From: the human T2T-CHM13v2.0 reference genome, Homo sapiens
Assembly: GCF_009914755.1 (NCBI RefSeq)
Contig: NC_060933.1
Length of the DNA stretch: 64,000 nt
Direction: 5' to 3' (one strand)
The notes below the pieces were generated by a model, which was not told the DNA's origin, did not search any database, and saw only the letters and a program-made list of their open reading frames with translations. Both the position numbers and the translations under genes were made by a program. Shown here piece by piece: positions 42,132 to 56,125 of the stretch (position 1 is its first letter; the number at the start of each line of letters is the position of its first letter).

Positions 42132-44264
42132 CGTGGAGCCGTTTAAGGACTATGACTACTGTTGCTATCTCTATAGAAATGGACTGGATATCGCCTTTTA
42201 GACAGGGGAGGGCATTGAAAGCCACCAGATTTTAATGTCTGTCTTACATCAGCTTTCAACCTTAAACAACTATATTAAGTGCTCTTTGGGTTAGACTGAA
42301 ATGCTTAGAGAACCTCATTATAGAGTTTAATTATCATGGCATTTTATAAATGGGAAAGATGAGTGCAGTTGGGAGAATCCTGCTCTCTCAGTGCTGACAA
42401 TGCTGGTTAGGATTTCCGTAACCGCTAGAAGGTGCATTTTGCATTTCTTGCAGATGTGCATTGTGAAACAGGAAACTGGAAGGGGGAAGGAGAAAAAAAG
42501 CAACAAGACACCACCAATCTGTTTTCTTTTTTGAAATTGTAAATTACATTAAAAAAAGAAATTGAAACATGAATAGACAAAGACTTTGTTTATTTATTGC
42601 CAGGAGAGGTGCATTAGGATGCCACCCTGTGTTTCCATGGCATTGAGGAGAAATAAACAGGAAACACGGGCTAATGCATTCAGTTAGGCACAGATTTTAA
42701 AGTCTAATGTGCAATCTAAATATATATCACAAGTATTCTTGCCATTTATTTATCTATTGCATAGCCAGCAGTTAAGGGGGAGCCTGCTCAACTAATGGGA
42801 AGCTGTGATCTGTTTGTAAATGTGCCTACAGGCTCAAGCCTTTGACATCTGATGTGCATCTATGGCATGTCTGTGCTCTTTGTTACCTTGGAATCACTTG
42901 TTAACCTACCTTTGCCTCTTCTAGATGAGGCGTAGTAAATTCAAATGCTTTAATTCACCTTCTATGTAGGTAACCTAAAGGCGGCAAGTGAGCTGAGCTA
43001 AGTATATATAAATCACTGTGAATGGCACAGATACAGGAAATTGGAGAGCCCAGGCTCTCTGGACAGCCGGCAATTCTTGACAAGCACACACATAGACTTA
43101 TTTCAGAAGATTTGATGAGTTTTCAAAGGGATCTGTAAATCTACATTTTTACTTGAAATATGTTGGCTAAAAAATTAGCATATTTATTGGCCAAATGCAA
43201 CAGGGCAGGTAGGGTGCAAAGGTTGCCAGTTTAGAAGTCTGATTTTTGTGATAATAACTTCACGGTTTTTGTTGTTGTTTTTAAAAGCATAGAGCCTTTA
43301 CCCTTTCAGTGATGTAAATGCATCCTGGATATAATGTAACTGAGTCAATGCCAAAGCAGGGCCCAGAAAGGATCTAGGGCTTCTGGCTCCTCGTTTAGTA
43401 TTTTTCTTCATTGCCATGTTTCCACTTGCCTTTCTTCTTTAGAACTTTGAGCTTCCTCTTTTGTCTGAGAAAAGCATCGAGCAGAGGAAAGAGAGAAGTC
43501 AAAACCTAAAGTCAGGAATAATTTAGCACTAGGCTACAAAGAGCTCATCAGTGAGAGAACAACTGATTAGAACTGAACAAGAGAGAGTAACCATTGTATT
43601 GGACACCATGCTTAAAAAACTGGGTAAATGCCACTCAAGGAAGATCAAGCCAGTTAACCATAAAAACGAGAAAATAGGGCTCTCTAGGCTCAGTGAATAA
43701 TTGTTACTGCTCACATGAAATCCACTGGTGTCCTTTGTGTGTACCACCACCCTTAGTTTCAGGAATTCTCCACCATTCCTATATGTGGTGTCTGCCTTCA
43801 AGGGGTAGGGAGTAGAGTGGCAGAGACCTGTGATCTATGCTCTGTTATAAATAAATATGGCCTTGCAGGCAAACTTCGCATGTTTTTGCCAAATCTAAGG
43901 TGCAAAGAATTTTTTTTTTTTTTTTGCTTGTGTTTTTAGAATAGTGTGGTTTGAATCAGGCTAGCTGTGAAAATATATAAGCCTTCAGAGCAGAAGTGTG
44001 CTTATTGCTTGCAATCAAATAAGAAATTAAATATTATTTTGAAGCTATTTTTTCTTACATCCCTAAAAATAAAATGGATTGTTTGAAAAACATATCTAAA
44101 CAAATGAAATAATTAACTTGAAAAATGTCAAAAGCGTTCCACTGCATTATGTTTTCATTCTCTTTTACTTGGTTTGTCTGACATTTTATGACTATGGTTA
44201 GGTCACTGTTTGGGGCCAACTTCCTTTGTCTCATTGCCTTTTGCTTTTCATGGGGTCATGTTTA

Positions 44265-44589
44265 TGTTGCAGGACTTCTCCTTAGTTCAGCTAAAGATGG
44301 GGTCTTTGTCCCATGGCCACAAAAATTTAGGCTCACAGACTGTTTGAAGGATGAGTAAGACAGGGTTTTATGAGGTGAAAAGGAAGAAAAGGGGGAAACA
44401 GGCGCCCTCTGTGAGGCCAGAGTCCCCTGCTAGAGCACTTCCAGAGCTCAGCTTGAATCCCAGGTTCCGCACAGGAAGAGGAGGGGCCAGGCCCCTCCCT
44501 GCTGCAACAGCAGGAACTTCCCCAAGCTCCACCCCAGTGCGCAGGCCAGTTAGAGTTTTTCCAGGGACCCCTTCCACCTGGCTGTCTCA
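44265..44589 (-). mobile_element. MER61-like ERV1 solo LTR
   Basis: Reverse complement starts tgagacagccaggtggaaggggtccctggaaaaactc and ends ...tgcaaca; 4-bp TSD ttta at 44261-44264 and 44590-44593. Confidence 0.85.
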
Positions 44590-46924
44590 TTTACACTCTG
44601 GGTGGGAGCCACTTCTTTTCTTCTTAGGTATTTTCATGTTCTTTTTTCATTTCCAAATGTCTATTAAATAGGAAATACCGTATTCTAGCTGCAAAGTTAG
44701 TGTGTGTCTTTCTCACCCCCTGGCCATTCACACAGAGGGTCTGGTGTTCTGTGAAGATGCTCCCCTTGCTACTGTTATCACAGTGTGCTCGGATTACCTG
44801 CCAAGTGCTTGCTGTATAAATTATAGCTGCCTGGTGGGAGCTTTAATTCTCATGCTTGATGTTTCAAAAAAATATTTTCAAGGTTGAACTCCATAAATCC
44901 ACGTTTTTTGACTGGGTTATGTCTGCTCTCATTTTTCCTTTTCTTCCTCCTGTGTTTGGAATTAAATCTTCTTTAGTGGAACAGGGAAGAAGGTACAGAA
45001 ACTCCACAAGAAAGAATACTGTGATTTGATGTATCTCAGTTAATAAATGCTGAGTTGGCATAGATTTGAGAGAAGTATATTATAGGATAGTAATTATTTA
45101 TTCAGATGAGCCAGCCCATTTATATTGACGGCAATTTTGGTCCTTAAGATTGCTTTTTCTGTTTTGTACACTTGAGTGCATGTGTACACTGATGGACATG
45201 AACATTGGAATATGCAGATCGAATTCCAGACCACCAAGTGATTCAAAGCTGAGAAATAAGGATTTACTTTTTGTCTGGTTTCAAGTTTGGCAGAAACTTA
45301 ATTCCTTCACCTAATTTTCTTGCCTTGTCTTTTCTCTTCTCACAGCAACTAAACACAGATTGAATTTCCAGATTTAACTAATTGACATCCTGGAGCTACA
45401 GGAAATTCAGACACAGGATTAATGGTGAAAGGCAGGCACCATGGGAATTCCTTAAGAGGCCGGAATTGAACAGTGCCTGGAATAAGATTTGGAAAGCAAA
45501 GTTTTGCTAATAAGTAATTCTGAGGAAAGGACAGAGAATGAATCACTATGAGGTTGAATGATTAGCAAAGTGAGATTTGAACTAAATGTAATGATTGATG
45601 ACGATGATGTAACTAAACATGCTATTTTAAATTACTTCCTTTGAATAGAGTTTCTTGTAGCTGAAGACCTTTTCTTTGCTGCTGGATGGGATATGTAAAT
45701 TAGAGCCAGAAGCTTGGGCAGCTCTGAATGATGAAGGGAGGAAGCAACGGAAGTTCCTAAGACAATGCACAGGCCAGGAAATACCTAGGGGATCTGCAGA
45801 GCTGGGAAGGAGACAATCAGTGATGCTGGACAGGAATCAGGGAAAAGCGGAGGAGAAGAAACCAGACTGGGGACAGCTGTTGTGTCTGGATGGAATTTTG
45901 CTGTGGTTGTGATTGGTAATGTGATGTGAAGTCTTTCCTTTTGCCACATCTTTGGGAATCCTCCATTGTTCCTCAGTGTTTTGGGTGCATGTGGGTTACT
46001 TTTGCAGTCTGTAGGTGTTGAGGTTGACATTAAGGTTGAAGGCAAAAGCAGAGTCTATAAGCAGGAAGAAGCTTATATCTGGATTGGAAGAATAGCAGTT
46101 ATAGTAGTAACAACAATGATAGTTATATGAGCTGGCATTTGTTGAAAGCCTACTATGTTCCAAGTACCCCATATACGTTAACTTATTTAAGTTTTGCAAC
46201 TCTGTAGAAGTGGGACTGTTGACTCCCTGCTATGTCTCTGTCTTCACCTCACTCCCTGGATTGTTCTGAACCCCTAACAGGCACTCAGAGAGTTAGCATC
46301 CTCTTTCCTAAGCCCTAGCTTGCTTATTTTTGGCTTTTCCTTCTAAGCAATAACAGTGGCATAAACTTGATACAAGAACATAAGTTTATTACCCAATGTT
46401 GACTAAACACAGTCAGTAGAAGTAGTTACAGATGGCATATAAACCTCTCTTCTAGGTGCATAGTTGAAGTTGACCCTTTAATAGGTAACTCATATTCTTC
46501 CCCTTTATGACATGCACAATCACCTTCCCAGATTCTTCCCCAAGTAGAGCTAAGTAGACTCTGGTGTCACCCCTAATTATGGCTTATTTCATTTTCATGT
46601 GGTGCCTCATTATCATGCAATTACCATAAATCAGAGGCATCTTGCCAGGGCATCTGGGTAATGGAATATGCTCAGTACAGACTAAACCAAGAACTGGGGC
46701 TTGACCTCTCAGTCTTTCTTTGCTTTTGACTACCTTCCTCCTGGAGGCAAAACAATGCAAACAATCCCAGTGCTTTCTTGTTTTTTTCTCATTTTGTCTT
46801 CCTCCCTCCAACCCCCACCCCAAGGACAGGCTGCCCTGCAAAGTTTCTGTAGCACAATCTCCTCTCCTCCCAAACCATAGATTCTTCTCTAATCAATACT
46901 CTACTGTGATTCAATGATGTGAAG

Positions 46925-47040
46925 AGGTAATATCGTTCCCTGTTTTACAGATGAGATTTAGGAAGGTAAAGTAAGCCATTCAAGGTCACACAACTAGGAA
47001 GAGATGGAGCTAGAATTCCAGCCTGAGACTGACTCTCAAA
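46925..47040 (-). mobile_element. MIR core
   Basis: ttttacagatgag...aggtaaagtaa...caaggtcacacaactagg. Confidence 0.8.
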
Positions 47041-47959
47041 AGGAGCCTCTTTCTTTCCCATACTGGCTCTTTTCCCTGGGTGCAAAGGAGTTATGAAGGA
47101 CAGCCTACAAATTATGGCAACTCTCTCCTTCTACTATGGGCAAGGGCTGGACAATCAGGGCGTGTAGGGTGAGCAAGCGTTTAGAATCATGAAGTTAATT
47201 TGCAACATCTATTTATCCATTTCCCTGAGTTTTTTTTTTTTTTAGTTTAAACTTTCTTTTCATTAAAAATATAAAGTCACCATCTAGGTATAAGTTAGAA
47301 TTAGTTCTAGTAAAAGTTGCAGCTGACATTACATTTTTGTGATAACACTTACATGATTAATTATTTAAAGTGGGAATTTGGGGCAACACACTTTCCATGC
47401 ATTTTTTAAAAATTCAAGTACGAAGTTTCCCCACCAAAATTATTGCAGAAGAGATAAAAGAAAATCTTGCTTAACAGCAGGAGCATATAAAATTACTTCA
47501 ACACAGAAAATATCTTTGATTTTACTCTAAGGATAACTCTGAAATATCAAGCATTAAAGACAACAAGTTTTTACAAATGCATTTCTTCCCACACTGACAA
47601 TTGTTGAGAATATACTTTGCTCTATTATACTGTATTAATATAGAGAATGTAAACAATGTCAAAATATACCCATGCACTTCCATCCCAGCAACCACCTGAG
47701 GCTGTCCTTTTAAAAAAAATTTAAATTTAAATTTTTATTTTTCTGAAAACATGTCAGGTTCATAGAGGCTACCTTTGATATTGTGGGATCTGCTTGTTTT
47801 CCTAGCTAGTAAATTGCTCTGGGATTTTTTTCTTTTTGATATACTGCATGTGAATTTTTAAAAGCTTTTTATTGCAAAAATGTTCAAGCACACAAATTTA
47901 GAGAGAATCTCATACTTAACCCCCAGTTTTTCATTTTGCTTCAACAGTTGCTAACTGAT

Positions 47960-48696
47960 TGAAACATCCTTTGCAAGTAAGAGACAAGTAAGAGATGTCT
48001 GAATGTAATTGACTCCATCTTGCTTCTGACCTCCAAGCTGTCCTTGGTCATTCCTGGACAGAGGTCAAGCTAATTTTGGGAGAAATTTAGCTTATAGTTT
48101 AACTTGAAAGCAAGGATGATAATAATCCCCCCTAAATCTTCCCTGCTTGCTCGGGAACAAACACCATCTTTGTTAAATTAATGAAAGGCTACAAGAATAG
48201 GACTATAGGAAGGGCATGAACTCTGATAAGAAATAGGTGTAGTTTTTGTAATCCCTTACCACTCAGGAGTCATGTGGCCAGAGGTGACAGGATTTGTGGC
48301 TTCCCTAGCTGTTCCCATAATAGCATCACTATTGTAGATTGTTTTTGCAAGAATTTTTTCCAGAAGGATCCTACCAGGACCAGTGACTCATGACTTAACT
48401 GGTCCTGAGGCCCCACCCGGAGGTGAACTCAGTGCATGAGAACCATTTTTCATACCTCTATGATTTTAGCACCAACCAATCAGCAGCATCCATTGCCTAG
48501 CTCCCTACTCACCAAATTGTCCATAAAAACCCTAACCGTGAGCCTTTACGGAGACTGATTTTAGTGATAACTCCAGTTCTCTCCCATGGGCCAGACTGGC
48601 GTCAATTAAAGTCTTTCTCTATTGCAATGTCACAGTCTTGGTGAATTGATTTTGTCTGTGTGGTGGGCAGGAAGAACTCATCAGGTGATTATTACA
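47960..48696 (+). mobile_element. LTR8-family ERV1 solo LTR nested in an old L1M 3' fragment
   Basis: tgaaacatcctttgcaa...gactccatcttgcttctgacctccaagctgtcc...attaca; TSD tgat/tcat. Confidence 0.85.
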
Positions 48697-49622
48697 TCAT
48701 GGCAAATCGTATTTATTCCATTTTTGTTACTCCACAGGTTTTCTGGTGGGGGAAGAGGGTAAGGGAGAATATAGTATTTCAAAGCAAACTTCAAACATAT
48801 CATTGTATGTAAATCTGAGTCTCCTTTTAAATATCTCTAGATGATTTCCAATTTTTCCACATGGTTCCTATATATAGCAAACATTCAAAAGGTTTTTCCC
48901 CATTAATTCTGAGAAATGATTGAGAGACTACAGGAAGATCCGTGAGCATGCTATGGATTTTTCCGGTGTCAGCAGAAATCCTGTTTGTGAAATAGGTAGA
49001 CCCAGCAGTGGTCATGAATGATGGCTTGACCGTGTGCTGGCTGTGCTTCTTAATGCTGGCTTTTCCTCTGCTATCTTTTCCAGCACCCAATAGGGATCTA
49101 TATAAAAGACAAGGGACTATGTAATGACAATTGCTTATACAAAACTCATAAAATTTGCATGCAATTTAAATACAGATTGGGCTACCAGTGGGCATGGTTC
49201 ACTGACAAGCACTCTCATGCTGAGTCTGGGCATTGTGTCCTCAAAGGCTTGACCCCTCCATGGAGATCTGAGGAAGAAACACATGCAAAGAAAAATCCAA
49301 CTCTGTTCTGCAGTCCTGGCTTCTGTAGCTTCACTTGTCCTCATGGTTTTGGAGTCAAGGCAGAGAAGAGAGTCATTTTACATACACGATCTCAGCAACC
49401 TCTACTGATGGCCCCTTCAAATGACTCTGAACCCATAAAGGGGGTTGATGGATGGAATTGAGGCTTCATTTAGCTAGAGCTGCTCATGTGTTTTTTTGTT
49501 TTAGCGTCTCATTATCAAAAGAAGGTACTTGAGAGATTAGGGCCTGAACAGACATTAGAATGAATAGTTGATATTTAAAACATAATTTTTGATGACTCAT
49601 CCATTCCTTTATTTAGTTTATA

Positions 49623-50014
<392 letters not shown>

Positions 50015-50243
50015 GTGTTCTAGATGCTGTTCAGCATTTTGGAGTTATGACAGTGAACAAAAAGACAAAGTCTCAGTCTTCATGGAGTTTATGTCATAAT
50101 GGGAGAGATAGACAATTTGTAAATACATAATGGTAGTTGTGTAAGCAATATAGAACAAGTGGAATGGTGATAAGATGGAGCCTGACTAGCAACAGAGAGG
50201 TAGTACTTTAGATGAGAGAATGTATCAGGCAGGACTGGCAGGG

Positions 50244-50422
50244 TCAGTGCTACTCAAAGTGTGGTCTGAGAGCATCAGAATCACCTAGGAGGTTTTTAGA
50301 AATCCAAATTTCCAAACATCTACAAGAAATTTGATCTAAAGATGCAAGACTTACTGAATCAATCTCTTTGGGAAAGGAGCTCTCTAGGTGATTCCTTTGC
50401 ACCTAAAATTTGTGATGCACTG
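50244..50422. mobile_element. MER5A
   Basis: cagtgctactcaaagtgtggtc...gcatcagaatcacctagga...tgatgcactg. Confidence 0.8.
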
Positions 50423-50424
50423 GG

Positions 50425-50740
50425 CCAGGTTATGCAATGACCCTGAAAACTGAAAGTTGAAAATAGTTTCATGTTGCACACTCATGATCCACCAGCAGGG
50501 GCCTCTTTTCTTCCTAGTCTTTTAGTGGCTCAGGGTGCAGTAGCTGCCATCATTGAAAGCATCCATGGTTGTTATGAGAACAAGAAAGGGGGTCTTGTAA
50601 CTTGATGTTCCAGTGAGGAGGTGATACACATCACTTCTGTTCACAACCAGTTGGAAAGTGCTAGTTCCATGGCTGCACCTGATCCCAAGGGGCCCAGGAA
50701 GAGCAATGCTACCATGTGCTTAGAAGGAGAAGCGTAACAG
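50425..50740. mobile_element. Old MLT1 LTR fragment
   Basis: gaggtgatacacatcacttctgttcac...catggctgcacctgatcccaaggggcccaggaa. Confidence 0.6.
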
Positions 50741-51084
50741 GTGAGCAGAAAAGGCTGGCTTGAAGCCACTTCATGAAAGTTGAGACTCGATGGATGAGCA
50801 AGAGTCAGCCCTGTAAAAAAAAATTTCAGAAAAAGGTAACAGCAAGTATGAAGGCCATGAATCAAGATTAAGTAACTCTCTGCTCTTTGCTTATGTCCAG
50901 AGATAGAAGTAAATGGAAGTAAAAGGTAATTGATCCTATGAGCCCAGAGAAATTGTGCATTATTTCTATATGACTACTAATGACTACAGAAGCTAATATC
51001 AAAAATTTTGTCTCATATTCTTGAGTTGTCAATACTCCATGTCCAATTATATCTCCTATGGTTGCCTTTGAGATTGATATGTTT

Positions 51085-51335
51085 TAGGGAAGTGGTACTA
51101 CATAGTAAGAAATACATGGGCCTTGCTTCCAATCCTTGCTATGCCACTTACTTAGCTATGTGTTTGTGGGCAATTTATTTAAGCTCTTTAACATTCAGTT
51201 TGTTTTTCATCTGTGAAGTGGGGTTGTAATACCTTCCTTTCAGGGTTATAACACAGATGAAGAAATCTGAGAGACCTTTCTAGTACAATTTGTGGCATTT
51301 CTGTCTAATAGCAGACTCAAAAGATATTATTCTTT
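51085..51335 (+). mobile_element. MIR
   Basis: aatccttgctatgccacttacttagctatgtg...ttcatctgtgaagtgggg. Confidence 0.8.
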
Positions 51336-51899
51336 GTGTCTAACAGTAGAGTCACAAGGCACTAAATAATGTTACTGATTTACAGTGGAAGAGATTCACT
51401 GGATCTTGGGAATTGAAAGGGATCTTAGAATCTCCTAGTTATTTTCCCATCCAATGCAGAATTCCGCAGAAACTTCCTGTCACTTGATCACACAGTCATG
51501 CTGGAAACTCTAGTGAGAAAAAAACCCTTCCCTATTTGAGAAAGTTCCTTTCAATCCAGCATTTCCCAAAACATGTGTTTTGACCAGTTCATTGATATGG
51601 CTAATTCATGCTTGATTGAGGAATAATGTGTTGTAAGGAAATTTACAGAGTTCCAGGTTCAACAAAGTTATACAGATTTCTTTATTATACAGCTTTTTAG
51701 ACCCATCATATTTTCATAAGCATTGTGATTTTCTAAAAAAGCGCTGTGCTGTGCAGTGTTTTTCTATGTAACATTTCCTCCCAAGGCGTCTTAGAGGACT
51801 ACTGTTTTAAAAAAAACTATGATAAATACTGATACAAATATTAGAACTCTCTTCTTTACACTGAGGCAAATTTAGCTGTCTAATGAATTGAAACCCTTT

Positions 51900-52178
51900 C
51901 TCTTCTTCTTCTTCTTCTTTTTTTTTTTTTTTTTGAGGTGGAGTCTTCCTGTGTTGCCAGGCTGGAGTGCGGTGGCACAATCTCAGCTCACTGCAAACTC
52001 TGCCACCGGGGTTCAAGCGATTCTCCTTCCTCAGCCTCCCTGTAGCACCTGCCACCATGCCCAGCTAATTTTTGTATTTTTTTTTCAGTAGAGACAAGGT
52101 TTCACCATGTTCGCCAGACTTGTCTTGAACTCCTGACCTCAAGTGATCCACCCGCCTTGGCCTCCCAAAGTGCTGGGT
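51900..52178 (-). mobile_element. Alu (slightly 5'-truncated, internal deletion) with (GAA)n-containing tail
   Basis: Antisense Alu; TSD gaaaccctt(t) at ~51890 and ~52184. Confidence 0.9.
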
Positions 52179-52959
52179 ACTGAGAAACCCTTTGTCTTGT
52201 CTCTGCTCTATGGAATAACAGAAACATTTCTACACTGATTTCTACTCAACAGATCCCATAGAAACAATGTATGAATCAGAGAAATGGTTTGACGTAAAAT
52301 AGAATACATCTGTACAGTTTTTGCAATACACAAGGCCTTTCAATACCGAGTACTTGTTTGACCCCTGTCATGCATGCAGATTGATGGCCCAAAAAACAGG
52401 AGCTGAGAAAAAAATCTGTTATTTCTAATTAAACACTGAAGAAAGTATTTATCTAAAGAACAAGGAGATTGTGTGTAATCCCCTATGAGTGCTGTTGATG
52501 CCTCCCATTATTCAGCCATCCTCCTGCAGGCAATATTATATCATCTGGGAGTCCAGAATGAACAAGGCAGGAAAGTTAATGGACTGGCCACGGCCACTAA
52601 GGGAGTCTGTGTGTCAGATCCCCAAATAGAAGGCAAAGGTGTCTGGCTCCTGTGGTCTCAGCTCACGAGCCATACCACATTTCCTAAGAGGGTCATTTGA
52701 TGCTGGGAGGGGAAGGTGAACTGGCGACAGAATGAGAAGGTTTTAATGATGCTCCTTCCCTTCTGTGACATCTTTGTGATGAGATCTTCTGATGTCTCCA
52801 AATCCACATTAGTTATGTAATGCAATCAGAAATTGCTGCAGTCATCAGAAGCATAGGATGGACAATTATAGATCTACTTTGAGCATTTATTTGAGTAGTG
52901 AGTAATCCTCTTGCCAAAAAAAAAATGCCTTTACTCTTATAACTTTTCTTTGTAGAAGA

Positions 52960-53150
52960 TGAGGCATTATGGATGTAATGCAAAGAACTCTGGTATGGAA
53001 GTCAGGATACCTGAGCTCTAGGCCTAGGTGTGTGTGACCAGTAAGCAGTATAATCAGGAGCAAGACAATTCCTTCTCCTGAATCAGATTCCTTATCCTTA
53101 AAGCAGATGGGTTGGACAGATTACCTCTCAGTTTTACCCCACCTCTGTAG
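52960..53150 (+). mobile_element. MIR/MIR3
   Basis: ggaagtcaggatacctgagctctagg...ccttatccttaaagcagatgggttggacagat. Confidence 0.65.
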
Positions 53151-55381
53151 TACTATAAACATACTACCAAAGTTCTTTTCAGTGAGACAAATTCTTTTTA
53201 ATTCTCAAAATCAGGTATGTAAGAAGTAATTGTATTGCTGTGTTTAAATCAATCTACATGTGACTCTGAGCTCTCATGTGGCCCATGTGATGTTCAATCT
53301 CAGACATCATTGGTGTTAACATTCCCCACACAGATGTATTAATATATTTCACTGCCTTTTTCAGTGCCAGAACATTAGCAAATTCTGGAATTATCAGCCA
53401 TAGGACCACACTGGTCAGCACTAAAATGCTACTGTGTCCACTGGCCTGATGGCATGATGCCCTGTGTCTCAGGGCTCGTGTGTCATGCTTGAAGCATAGG
53501 TCTTTGTGCTAAGGCTGGAGCCAGCGTCTAAAGTCCTTCTTCCCTGGTGAGTCAGGAAGGCATTTCCTTCTTGATGACCTCCCCAGAAACTACCATACAG
53601 GGTCTCTGCTGTCCTGAGTCCTCTGAATTTCTTGTCTTGTTCAACAATCTAAGAGATAAAATTCTCTCCTCTTTTTCAGTATTCCTCCAAGACGCTCTTC
53701 TTTCTCTCTGCCCTCTCCAAAAGATAAATATCTCTGAAAAAAGTTTCTATTTTAGAAAAGAAAAAAGGAACTTTTGTCTTCAAGTAGTTTCTGCTTTGTA
53801 GCTACACATATCCCTGAAGCAAGGAAATACTAAGTGCCTGGCTACCTGCTTAAAACAGAGGAAAAGAAAACATGGGAAGACAAATATTAACAACTTCACA
53901 AATTATAATGAAACATTTGTAATAGACAACTTTGTAATCTGTGGGGGAGAAAGAGAAAATCTTAAAACATTTGTTATTCATGAATAACATACTTTTAAGT
54001 GCAGGATGCTTAAAGCAAAGATAAGCAAAAATGAAATTATATATTTAAACCATCTATGATTCAATTTCTAATTGAAGGCTATTTTTAATATTTGGGTGTA
54101 TATATTTTCACACTTTATGCATAGATACTATTACTATTATTGTAATTAAAATAGCTACATTTATTGTTTGTTGAGATAAAAGAGGCATGCGGGAAATCTA
54201 ATCCATGATAGATACAGAGGCCAAGTCTTTGAATAAGGAAATATTTAAAAAAACTAATATTTACTAAAGATTTAACATATATCCGTATACCAATCCTGTG
54301 CAACATTCTTTAGGTGTATATTTTCACTTACTGTTTGTATCAAGCCCACGAGGTTAGTATTCTTAGTAGATACTGCTGGTCATCTATAAGGTCTCCATTT
54401 TTCTCTCCAACTTTCTAAAAGAACTGCAGTTTTTTCCGGAATCCACCTCTCTTCTTTGCAATCTGTGTCTCAGGGGAAGCTGTCCCCACCTCTAACTTCA
54501 GGGATGGGCCCAAGAGATCTAAGAGGAACTCCATTCCTGATTAGTTCAGCCATGTATTGGTTACTAAGTTCTGGACAACAAGACACAAAGGAAAGTTCGC
54601 TGGGTGATCTTAAGAATCCCAAGAGGAGGCTGTTTCTTTCTTTTTTTTTTTAGACATCACTGAGTGTGATGTAATGTATCTTACTGCTTAATTGATTTTT
54701 TGAGTTGGCATTTCTGTTTATTGGAACTGCAAGCATCCCATCTAACAGACAGGATGAAGTTGAGGCTCAGAGGTTTCATAGCTAATAAGACAGACTCTAT
54801 CTTGAGTCTGTCTGAGGCCACAATCCCCACTCAGAAGTTTGAAATTTGTTTTTACTAATGAGTCACTGGTATTTCTGTATTGGTGAACTTGCTGCTTTTG
54901 TCCTTTGGCAAGGCATACTTTAAGCCCAATATAATTTTTGTTTTCTATAATTTGAGGTAAAATACTTGTGAGATGCTCTTTACATTGTTCTTGTACTTAT
55001 TCTTAAAGCTGCTACTTCTATTCATAAATTAAATTCACCATTCTTGTTTGTTATTTTTGTTGTTATAACTCCAGAAGGTAGCATTTCAATATTAATCCAA
55101 CACATTTAAAAAAAACAATGAACTGGTTATCATCTGTTATGTAAAACAATCTGCGTGCAAGTGCCATCCTGATTTTTGTGTGTCTCAGGAAATCACTTAA
55201 TGTACTTTGAATTGTGGTGATTTGTTTTCTTACCATTGATGAGAAACTTACATGAATTTTTAAGTTTCTCAAAGACGAAGGCTGTGTATACTCATATTTT
55301 TATTCTTTTAAGTCAGTAGATATTTGTTGGACTGAGTAGAATAGAACCCTAGTCAATTTGTGGGAAGTGTGGACCACAGAC

Positions 55382-55430
55382 TTACATTTATTGAGTGCTT
55401 AGCAAAATAGGTGGTAGGTATGTTCCAAGG

Positions 55431-55469
<39 letters not shown>

Positions 55470-56125
55470 TGTGTGTATATATATATATGAATGATATATA
55501 TGATATGTATTATATATATGATACATATGTATTATATATGATATATATGATATGTATTATATATGATATATATGATATGTATTATATATGATATATATGA
55601 TATGTATTATATATGATATGTATTATATATGATATGTATTATATATGATATATATGTATTATATATGAGATATATATGTATCATATATGATATATATGAT
55701 ATGTATTATATATATATGATATATATGATATGTATTATATATATATGATATATATGATATGTATTATATATATATGATATATATGATATGTATTATATAT
55801 GATATATATGATATGTATTATATATGATATATATGATATGTATTATATATGATATATATGTATTATATATGATATATATGATATGTATTATATGTGATAT
55901 ATATGATATGTATTATATATTATATATGATATGTATGTATTATATATGATATATATGATATGTATTATATATGATATATATGATATGTATTATATATATG
56001 GTATATATGTATTATATATATGATATATATATTTAAGATATATATATATATGTTCCAAGGGGACATATATATATGCCCTTGGAACATACCTACCACCTAT
56101 TTTGCTAAGCACTCAATAAATGTAA
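55382..56125. repeat. Perfect 50-bp inverted repeat (55382-55431 / 56076-56125)
   Basis: ttacatttattgagtgcttagcaaaataggtggtaggtatgttccaaggg and its exact reverse complement. Confidence 0.97.
55433..56050. repeat. (GT)n followed by an AT-rich VNTR (unit ~GATATGTATTATATAT[GATATATAT])
   Basis: Directly visible tandem array. Confidence 0.97.

Noticed and set aside
44333-44671. Overlapping GC-rich ORFs
   Set aside because: They lie within the MER61-like solo LTR.
55433-56050. CRISPR-like array, or a MITE with 50-bp TIRs
   Set aside because: There are no unique spacers, and the inverted arms derive from the local MIR-like flank with no TSD outside them.
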